Shown: one piece after another, positions 55,139 through 64,000 of the stretch
Numbering within the stretch: the stretch's first letter is position 1
Layout of the letters: each line of letters begins with the position of its first letter
Notes under the pieces: generated by a model
Database searches by the model: none
What the model was told of the DNA's origin: nothing
Seen by the model: only the letters and a program-made list of their open reading frames with translations
Position numbers and translations under genes: made by a program
Assembly: GCA_977017575.1 (NCBI GenBank)
Contig: CDRNVI010000069.1
Location: 62,001 to 126,000 of the forward strand
Reading direction: 5' to 3'
From: Paramoeba atlantica
Taxonomy: Eukaryota > Protista > Discosea
Length of the DNA stretch: 64,000 nt

Positions 55139-56368
55139 TCACCCCCCTCCCGCCCCCGCTTCCCCCGACTCGGAGCACCGCAGCCTCGCCTCTGTCCGTA
55201 TCGGACGAAAGCTTTGCCGGGTCTCCTCCACCGCCGGGGACCCTTTCTGTCCGGCAAATACAAACGCCTGGCGCTGGTAGAGCGTCCCCGTGACCCCAAC
55301 ACTCGCCAGTGCGGTCTCCAGAAAGGAGCCCAGGCGGATGAGGTTGAACCCGTACCCCGGGACCGCGCTCCCACTCACCGCGAGGGCCACGGCGGTGCCC
55401 CGGGGGAGGGCCTGGAGGGTGGACCCCAGGGCGTGGCCGTACCACCAGTGCCACAGCAGGTTTCGCCCCGTGGGGTAGAACCCGCTGTGGAGCACAGCCC
55501 ACCCCCTGCCCGCCTGTGCGGGGACAGCAGCGCAGCAGCCGGGCGTGCGGACCGCTGGGGTCGGCTGCGGCGTGCGCTCCTCTGTGATCAGAGGGGTACC
55601 CGCGGGGGGGTCTTGCCCCGGGCTGTGCGTGGGGGGAACGTCGTGGGGAAGGGGCTGTAGGGCCACCAGGAGGATTCCGGGGCCTGCCGCACAGTCCCGT
55701 TCCAGTATGTGGGTGGTGGGGTACGGGGGGGAGGGGTCGTCTTGGGTTGCGGGTAGGTTGTCCTGGGTTGTGGGAACCTCGGGGGCGTGCTCGATAAAAC
55801 CGGTGGAGGGGGTGATTTGAATACGACCGTAGCAACCCGCAGCTCCGGCGCATGAGACAAGGGAAACGGTGAGTTCTGGCGGAGGGAGGGAAACGTCGCT
55901 TGGACGTGGATCACGGAGAATGGACAGGAGATTGGGGCAACACTGTTGAAAAAAGCTTGGAAAGCATTGGTACATTTTTGTGAGATAGCAGCCCTCCCTT
56001 TTATTGCATGTGTTCCAACAAACAAGGTCAATTTGTCTCCAATAAGAGATTGCGGCGCGAACAAAGGCGAAAAACCCAAAGCATAGGCAATTGGACGCAA
56101 TACCTAGGATACCCAGCACCATGAGAGCACGGACAGCGTTCCCCAAGGAAAATCGTAGAAGACAGAAGCACAAGGTAAGGCTCATCAGCAGAGTGCATAG
56201 TATGAGACGATCAATCCAGCGTGTAGTCAAGGCACGCATGTCCATTGCCCAAGTATTCTGTTCGGACCTATGAAATGCATCACGAATGTAGGCTTCAAGA
56301 CTTTCCACGGCGCCGGAAAGTGTTTCAAATTCTAGAGCTCCTGGAAGGGTGATACCATACCGACTCAT
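55139..56368 (-). CDS. Membrane protein with a C-terminal ILEI/PANDER-like domain
   Basis: Two hydrophobic helices near the N-terminus; GRG..LQALPRGTAVALAV..GVTGTLYQRQAFVFAGQKG..VEE resembles the ILEI (FAM3/GG-type) consensus. Confidence 0.55.
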   Translation of the reverse strand: MSRYGITLPGALEFETLSGAVESLEAYIRDAFHRSEQNTWAMDMRALTTRWIDRLILCTLLMSLTLCFCLLRFSLGNAVRALMVLGILGIASNCLCFGFFAFVRAAISYWRQIDLVCWNTCNKREGCYLTKMYQCFPSFFQQCCPNLLSILRDPRPSDVSLPPPELTVSLVSCAGAAGCYGRIQITPSTGFIEHAPEVPTTQDNLPATQDDPSPPYPTTHILERDCAAGPGILLVALQPLPHDVPPTHSPGQDPPAGTPLITEERTPQPTPAVRTPGCCAAVPAQAGRGWAVLHSGFYPTGRNLLWHWWYGHALGSTLQALPRGTAVALAVSGSAVPGYGFNLIRLGSFLETALASVGVTGTLYQRQAFVFAGQKGSPAVEETRQSFRPIRTEARLRCSESGEAGAGGG

Positions 56369-56949
56369 GACTAGGGTGTAGAAAATACGGGAGTTTGTAC
56401 TCCTATTTTAGATGGGAAATCCAAATCTTTGAAATGTAAGACACCTCTCATACATGTAGGGGTCACAAAAAACGTGGGGGAGCCTAAATTTAGAACCTGG
56501 GAGTTTTTGACCTTTGTAAAAAAGGTCTTGAGAGTGTCATGCGAGCTTTTTGACTGATTCTTTTCGCGTAATGCGTGATTCTGAAGAGAACTGCGAAAAA
56601 CTCGTCAAAATGCGTTGTTTTTAGTTTCAGAATAGTTGGAAATGGATATTTTTTGAGAAATACAATGTTAAGTGATACGATGTTACTTGATGACCTTTCG
56701 ACTAAAAATACTCTTTTCATCAGTAAGCCGCCTGTAGATTTTCGGTGTCAGAGGGAGGAAATCTCATGTCCTTAAAGTTCAAGCTTAGTCCACGAGTGCA
56801 CAGTTTGAAAACACGAGTGCAAAAGAAGTGAAAAGAAAACGACTTTTCAGAGTCGAAAACATGGCTTTCCTGATATTTTATCCGCTTTGAGGCATTTCTG
56901 CTAAGATTCTCTACAGTTTTACATAGGAAAAGGAATACTCAGTAGTAGA

Positions 56950-57245
56950 AGGGACCCATGCGTGGCGTTGTTAGTGGGAAGCAATTTGCGAAGCCATAGG
57001 GGGTGGTATGGCGAGGACCCGCGTGCGCGGGCCTGAGCCACACGCGGCATTGTTAGTAGGATGCAAGTTGCGAAGCCCGAGGGGGTGGTATGGCGAGGAC
57101 CCGCGTGCGCGGGCCTGAGCCACACGCGGCATTGTTAGTAGGATGCAATTTGCGAAGCCCGAGGGGGTGGTATGGCGAGGGCCTGCGCGAGCGGGTCTGT
57201 GCCATACGCGGCGTTGTTAGTGGGAAACAATCTGCGAAGCCCGAA
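56950..57245. repeat. 82-bp GC-rich tandem repeat (about 3.5 units)
   Basis: TGTTAG registers at 56969, 57051, 57133 and 57215. Confidence 0.92.
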
Positions 57246-57538
57246 GTACGCGCACTAAAACATCTGCTTTTTGCCTGATGAAAGCAAATTTCTGGAAAAC
57301 AAAAGTGTGGGCGGAGGGAAAGGCGGAAAACAAAAGCGTGTGCGGAGGGAAAAGTAACCTGAGCGTGAAGAAAAATCTGAAAAAAAGCGTCAAAAAGCGG
57401 AAGAATATTAGGAAAAATGTTTTTTGAAGCTGTGTGAGCATCTCGCCTCCCTCAAAAGATGAAAAGCCAAGGAGCCGAAACCTGTGTATAGTATTATGGA
57501 AGAAATTCCGTAGGTACTCGGAATTAGTATGTAAGATA

Positions 57539-57667
57539 CAGGGGCGAAATTAATTTGTGTCAACAAAAGTTGTGTTGATTTCTGGGATTAACATGACTTT
57601 TGTTGACACAACTTTTGCTGCCTCGACGTTTGTTGACATAACTTGTTGTTGACATAACCCCCCCCTG
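57539..57667. mobile_element. 129-bp Tc1-type MITE
   Basis: TA|CAGGGG...CCCCTG|TA with repeated TGTTGACA / TGTCAACA motifs. Confidence 0.65.
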
Positions 57668-57833
57668 TAATGTCGTCATCATAAAAGTACGAATTTGCCC
57701 GAATTAGCGCTTCGTTTGCCGCATGTGCTTCGATTGATGAAATGTATTGAGCAGGGTTCGTCGGTGGCTTTGCTCCTAAACATAATGTATTGTGATTTTT
57801 TCTAAGAAGTACTGCTCCACAGCCTAAATTTAA

Positions 57834-57894
57834 TTACGCCCAAACTTAATTAAGCTCAAAATCGGCCTTTGGGATTAATTAAGTTTGGGCGTAA
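57834..57894. repeat. 20-bp perfect inverted repeat
   Basis: TTACGCCCAAACTTAATTAA ... TTAATTAAGTTTGGGCGTAA. Confidence 0.8.
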
Positions 57895-58732
57895 CTAATT
57901 TTAGACCGGTAACATTACTTCTTAACCTTATTAAAAAAAATTAACTATACACCCCTTAAAGGATAGCAGTCCCTCCCTTAATTTTCGTACAGGTGGAGTT
58001 GAGAGCTCATCTTTTTTTAAGAATGTGCAGAACAAAAAAGTAGAGCGTTGCCCGCTATTTTTAGCTCAGTTTAGTTCACATAAAACCAAACGCCGGGCTG
58101 AGATCAAAAAAAATATTACATGGATTTTTGACAATTTTTTCGTGAAAGAAAATCTAAAGTGCATCGAAACCGTCAATTTAGTAGCCTGTGTGATCCCCTA
58201 TATTCTCTATTACCAGACGCATACGCTTTAAATAATTCTTACACATGTTTTCTACAGAATCTATATTTTCGTAATTTTTCACTTATTTTCACACACTTTT
58301 TTTGTCAATTTTAAAATTTTTTGCCACTTTGCTGATGGAAAGTAACTTATTGCTCTCCACAAATTTTTTTACACGAATATCATAAGCAATAGGTCCATAG
58401 TGAAGGTTCCGAGGCCGAGAGAAATGTATTGTCATGAGTTAAAAAGATGAATATCCGGCATGAACTTATTTTTTAGGAAAAAGTATGGTGTTTCGTCGAC
58501 ATGACGATTTTTGACCAGTATTTTTAATCTCATTTTTTTCTCTTGAGCTTTTTTTACGCTGATTCCTTCGGCAAACATACGACAAATTTCGAGATCTATC
58601 GAATGCCGAAGGAATTAGGTCAAAAGCTCGAACGACGAAAAAATGAAGGGGGGGGATTGTTATCCTTTAAGAGGTGTATCTCCGAGCAGAGCGAGTACCG
58701 CGAGTACGGTACGCGCGTACGAGTCCCCACTC

Positions 58733-59363
58733 GCACATTGATAATGCATAGTTACTGCACATTGATAATGCATCACGTGCCGCACATTGATAATGCATAT
58801 AGCACGTTGATGATGCATATAGCACATTGATGATGCATATAGCACATTGATAGTGCATACTAAGCGGCACATTGATATTGCATAGTTACTGCACATTGAT
58901 AATGCATATAGCACATTGATAATGCATATAGCACATTGATAATGCATATAGCACATTGATAATGCATACAGCGCATTGATAATGCATTATTTGGAAATTA
59001 AAGGTGTTTTCAAGAAATAGTGAACACTCGTCTCTGCTCCCGGTGAGGCCCCGGAGTTGCGAGAGGCCCCCATACCCCACAACTACCACCTTCCCCCCCC
59101 TATTTAGCGGGGGTCGCGCGAGCGAAGTCGAAAGGCTGTGTGATATTAGTGTAACGCGCATAAGTACATGCCCGTGTATATAAAGGACGCACATTTATGG
59201 ACAGGAATCGGATGTCTTTGTCACTCTTATCAATGTGCTATATGCATTATTAATGTGCTATACGCATTATCAATGTGCTATATGCATTATCAATGTGCTA
59301 TATGCATTATCAATGTGCTATATGCATTATCAATGTGCCGCTTAGTATGCATTATCAATGTGC
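58733..59363. mobile_element. Foldback-like element with 20-bp tandem arrays in inverted arms
   Basis: (GCACATTGATAATGCATATA)n at 58733-58985 and its reverse complement at 59228-59363; both arms carry the variant CTAAGCGGCACATTGAT. Confidence 0.8.
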
Positions 59364-59576
59364 GGGCGCCGTCTCGTTCCTTAGCTTATCTACCTTTAAG
59401 GTCCATGTACGCCTGTCTTTTCCCATGTACAATAATTCAGACACGTCCGAGTGAATTTCTTGGGCACACCTCTCGGACAAAGATGGTTTCTTGCTTTCGT
59501 CGTTTGTCCTTCACAATGATGCTGTAGTTAATGGGGTTGGGAACCCTTTTGGAGCATACACGTGCATCCGATAATT

Positions 59577-60451
59577 TAGGCTCTTCGTTAAACGCGGTGG
59601 TTGTTTTCAACTTAGAAGTCACTCATGCTGCGCGCTTCGCGTTGAAAACTACCAACGCGTTTAACGAAGAGCCTAAATAAGAAAATTTGGCCGGGAAAGC
59701 CGAAGAAAACGGAAAGATCATTGCCAAAAATAGCCGATTTTCGGGTAAAAATCGGGTGATTTCTGCGTATTTTCGCTCTCAGAGCACTAAATCCGACATT
59801 TTCGTGTGGGAAATCACTCGCAAGCATAAATGGAAGCCTACCAAACGTATTGGGTAGAGAATGCGACTCGAACCATACCATTCTTTCGACACAAAAAGAC
59901 CCCTTGGGGTCCGAAAAATACTTTTTCACCTTTTTCGGTCAAAAATGGGTCATTTTGGGGGGCACACCACGGCTCGAAGAAGAGATATCTGGAGAAAACA
60001 ACTGTGGAGAAAGCTAGTATAGGTCCCCACCTCTCAAAATACAATAGGGGAAACGATTTTGGAAAAATATCTTTTTTGCAATTTTTTTCGCCAAGTTGAA
60101 TTTTTTTCAAGGAAAAATTTCCGAAAAAGTCCGAACTTGGCGGACCCGTCCTGCGGATGCGCGGGGGGGGGGTCGCCCCCGGGTAGGGGGGTGGAAAATA
60201 CGCGCCAAGACCCCGGCTACCCCTTCTGCAGTTTTTTTTCGAAAAATAATTTTTTCAAAAAAAAATCGTGCGATATGCCCCCCCCTAGACCCCCCATTTT
60301 TTTCAATTCTTTTTTCAGTTTTGGACCACCGGAGCCCCCTTTTATATTTTTTTCTTCTATTATATTACTGTGTTCCTCTTTACATTTTCAATGTTTTTGT
60401 TCACTTTTTTTTCAATAATCGAGGGTAGAGCGATAGTTATACAACCACCGC
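59577..60451 (+). mobile_element. Family X copy X9 (reference full-length copy)
   Basis: Complete left hairpin (35-bp arms) and right end GAGCGATAGTTATACAACCACCGC. Confidence 0.92.
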
Positions 60452-61079
60452 AATAAGTTCTAACATGGACAATTTACAAAAGGCCTATTTTTAATGCCGT
60501 GGTAGCCTTTTATCAAGACATACGTTTCGGGATTGTAGCTTACGAGCAGAGGGAACGCAAAATTCTGAAATGCCTTTTTTCGTGATTTGTTTGGTATGAG
60601 AGCCAACGGATTGCTGATGCTTGTAATGATAGTGACTAGGCGCTTCAGTTCGACTTCTCACTCCGATGGATGGAGCCAACAATATGCGCATTGAGCGAAG
60701 CTCCCCGAAGTCAAGATAGTTCTGCGAGTCAAAGTAACTGTAAGTTCTCAATCAATTCATGTTTAAATAAAAAAACACTTGTCAACTAACATGAAGGCAT
60801 GCTTGTGCGACGCTATACACGTGTATATTATTTTTGCGTCAATCAGATTATTACGTTCGTCGCCCGAAGCAAGGAGGAAACTTATCACACTATACAAACA
60901 TCAACAGAAAGCTTCAATCGGTTTACCCAAGCATACAAGAGCACATCGATTATCAGACCCTTCACCTATGGTGGAAAAAGCGCAAAGGACTCGATAATGA
61001 TTCTTTGACTCCGCAGAAAACTTCGAATCAACGTCCAAGCATGCTTGCTTATTACGAGGCTTTGATCCGAAGACACTTA

Positions 61080-61388
61080 CTATCCCCCCCTATTTAATAG
61101 GGCTACGTGCGACCCCCCCTTTAATAGGGCCACTTGTCTGGAAGGCCAAAACAGATTTCAGGTAAAGTTAAAAAGTTTGTCGAATCCGCCGCGAAGGGGC
61201 GGATTTTCGTGTCTACCCCAGCAACAAAAAGTGTATCAAAAGGGAGGAGGACCTTGTTTAACGACGATAAAAAAAGGCGCCGCGAGGCGGCGCCGACTTC
61301 TTTTCTTTCACATTATTTTCCATGTACCCCCCCTTTAAAAGGGCATTTTGCCCAAAATCGGAGTCCTATTAAATAGGGGGGGGGATAG
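61080..61388. mobile_element. MITE (CTATCCCCCCCTATTTAATAGG TIR, TA flanks)
   Basis: 22-bp TIR; internal GGCGCCGCGAGGCGGCGCC hairpin at about 61276-61294. Confidence 0.88.
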
Positions 61389-61490
61389 TAAATGAATTAA
61401 TTTTCTTTGGATCATAATCCGCGAATCAGCAATGCACGCCTCAGGCGATATTGATTATATGACAAAACTTATCAACAAGCTTCCACGGCG

Positions 61491-62243
61491 AAAAGGGCCC
61501 AGAAGTGCGCATTTTTGTCATAAAATATTTTTTCCGCTGTTTTTTACAAAGGACGAAAAGTGATCATTTTTCGAGCGAAATAGAGTGCTTTATACGTATT
61601 CGCCGCACCATGATACATGCGTAGCGATAAATTTAGTAGATTATCATCAGCTTTTCCTATTCTTCTAAGCGGGGCGGTAATAATCGTGTACGTCGACTCC
61701 GGGCCGATGGTTCACAGTGGGTTAATGTGGTGGTGAAGACCAATCGCTATCATAAGGCTGAGGAAATCTTTGCAAGCTCTCTCGCTGATCGTCGTGCAGT
61801 GACCACTAATCCCGAAGTGCTGGACTTGGCAGTAAGCCCTAGGACCGTTGATGGACCGTTGATGGATGGCGAGGAAGTGCTGCGTTAGGTGATCGTTTGC
61901 GTCACGGAGTCGTGAATCATCGATGTCATTGGATAGATCCAGAGACAGGAGTCCATACGCAGACAGTTGAGTGCATGAATGGACACCTTAAAAAGCAAGT
62001 ACGCACTCGCGGCACAGGCACGCTTGGACGTGAAGACAACGCCCGCAACGCTCGCTTAAAGTTTAGTGGTGAGGTTGTGAACGGGAAATTAAAACGAGGG
62101 GAGCACTGCGGGCATCCTCTACGTAGACTCTTGCTGGGCGTGCAAATGAACTGTAGACATGTACAGGTTAGTTTAGAGTGAAATGTTTTATAAAATGGTG
62201 AAGTTTAAAAAAGTGTGAAAAATGCGCACTTCTGGGCCCTTTT
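61491..62243 (+). mobile_element. Merlin (IS1595/ISXO2-like) transposon, internally deleted
   Basis: 26-bp perfect TIR AAAAGGGCCCAGAAGTGCGCATTTTT; GWRG..RHGVVNHRCHWIDPETGVHTQTVECMNGHLK motif. Confidence 0.85.
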
Positions 62244-62249
62244 AACCGC

Positions 62250-62560
62250 TTCCACTCCTTCACCCCTTCCTGACTCACTCCCTGGAGCGAGTGTGCTTCC
62301 ATCTCTCGGCCTCTCTTCCTCCCGTTCCTGCCTTTCCGAGGAGGCAATGCGTCACGGTGGCCTCCCTTGAGGACCACTAGACGTGTCCTCCGCCGACGAG
62401 ACTCTCGGCTCTCTGCACCTGGCGGTCACCCAGCTCTCTGCACCTTGGCCCTGTCGCAGCTCTCTGCACCCGGATTGCCCCCGAAACTGTAATATGGGGA
62501 TTACGCATCCGGCTCTCTGCGCCTGCACGAGATATGCTTCTTTGCATTTGTTTTTGTGTA
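62250..62560 (-). mobile_element. Second copy of the CRE-like element 5' region
   Basis: The reverse complement contains AGTGGTCCTCAAGGGAGGCCACC..CGCA and ACTC..GGAGTGAG..GGGGTGAA, as at 33880-34000; GCTCTCTGC repeats. Confidence 0.7.
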
Positions 62561-64000
62561 GGAATGGCATGGAATGGTACCGTTTTCCCCCCTTTTGCTA
62601 AATAGAATTCAGACGGCTGTGGCGCTTATCTCCTTCGCTGAGCATGGGTTGGCTTACCAAGGTCAATAAGTAAAAAGGATATCGGTTGGAGATAAACGAA
62701 GTGCGACGCTTGCCACCTCCGTGGCATTAAGTGGAGATATAAATTTATTACCTCCCTAGGTAATCTGGAATGGTAATGAGATCCACAAAAGTTCTTGTGT
62801 TAAGAACACAGTTCAGTAATAAACACAGAACCATTACATACAAGTGTAAGTACCGGGGCACTCAAGCACTGCAACTGTACTTCTCAACGATATTAAAGCA
62901 CTGTCATGAAACAAGCATCAAGGACTTGAACCTTTCCATGAGCACATCAATATGTCTTCTCGTAGTTGAATAGAAACTCGAAATCCGGTAATTTCTGAGT
63001 GCAACTCCGAAGGCTTTAAGTGTAGTACCCCTTTCATTGGTGAAGTCCAATGATCGGAAAAAAGGCGCGCTCTCAACCGGGTCATGTGTCTAATGGAAAC
63101 GAATGAAGAGTTAGTCAGACCATCCCTTTCGGATACGAAAATGCATATACATGTACATACATGAGATTCAAAAAACAACAATATCAAAGAATACTTTGTA
63201 TTGCATTCAAAGGTAGGTACGGATTCTGTGACATGTTATTTCCGACCATAGGCCTACACGAGAGAGTAAAAAAAGAGAGTAAAAAAATGGAAAATGATGA
63301 GAATTGAAAAAAATTGGACTGTGCATTGAAGATTTAGTTCAAATATCAAAATTGACGCGTATTAAATCCGTAATATTCCATAATAAATATGGAATAAGTT
63401 GTACGGAAATGTCTATTTTGCTTCGATTTTAGGGGCCGTATTTCTTGATTTGAATCTTCTTGCTTAATGCTTCGTTAATGCTTATAAAATAGGTTAAAAA
63501 ACACTTTATTTGCACTCAATGTTCCTTTGTTCTGTCAATGGGTTATGGTACAATCGAACGTTGTAAAAGAAAAAAGGGTAACCGGCACTATAAATGTAGG
63601 TTAAAATCCATTTTTTTCTGATGATTTTTTTCCGCTCGAAAAAACTTTTACGTGACTTTTTAAAATGTTTCCACTCATACTCATGACGTTCCAACTTATA
63701 TTTCAATGCTTGGAATACTCAATGGACCGCCCAGGATATGCTACATTGGTCTACTACATTGGTCTACTTGGTATTGGTGACCTGTAAAAAGGATAAGGTG
63801 CGCTCCCAGACACTCCCATCCAGTTTGAACCCTCTTGGAAGCCACCACGGCTACCCCCTTCGCGTTGAGAACTGTTTCCGCGTTTAATGAAGAGACTAAA
63901 AAGGAAAAAATTGCGAAACGATCCAGAATAATCCAACTTTTGGTACAAATACCCGATTCTCCCCATATTTCGTATTCTCCCCATATTTCGGACGTTTTTT

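Noticed and set aside
45158-59363. CRISPR arrays (27-, 82-, 170- and 20-bp repeats)
   Set aside because: All are head-to-tail tandem repeats without unique spacers; there are no cas genes and the context is eukaryotic.
58660-59527. MHYQCAICIINVLY repeat peptides as metal-binding proteins
   Set aside because: An artefact of translating the 20-bp tandem array, which is not a multiple of three and appears on both strands.
60491-61097. Possible transposase or HTH remnants
   Set aside because: Only weak, non-diagnostic motifs; not supportable without a profile search.
1-64000. Fanzor/TnpB, Helitron RepHel or spliced-leader RNA genes
   Set aside because: I saw no RuvC I-III plus zinc-finger pattern, HUH/helicase motifs or mini-exon sequence in any frame I read; absence is by eye only.

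Overview
Eukaryotic (protist) nuclear DNA with no prokaryotic operon, rRNA or CRISPR signal. All recognisable host genes are intronless and on the minus strand over about 56 kb. They encode a mitochondrial class-I release factor (missing from the ORF track because it runs off the window), a SAP-domain protein, a divergent SET protein, a WD40-like protein, a PPR-like protein, an ILEI-domain membrane protein, several hypotheticals, and 11 genes or fragments of one small 24-aa-period 'plant-specific'-type LRR family. This organisation and the LRR N-terminal motif suggest a kinetoplastid, probably Perkinsela-like (inference). The intergenic space is a dense, nested transposon landscape. It holds two hAT-like families (one intact 874-aa copy with Asp at the catalytic Glu position), DD32E Tc1-like elements, pogo and Merlin remnants, many TA-flanked MITEs, CRE-like retrotransposon remnants, a foldback-like element and a recurrent ~875-bp hairpin-ended element of unknown mechanism. 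The best novelty candidates are a tRNA-derived SINE with a 13-bp target-site duplication (9475-9896), the DDD-type hAT-like element (18740-22225), a tandem covarying three-way-junction RNA at the 5' end of a CRE-like element (33700-33842), and the hairpin-ended 'family X'. All calls come from manual reading; no database searches were run.
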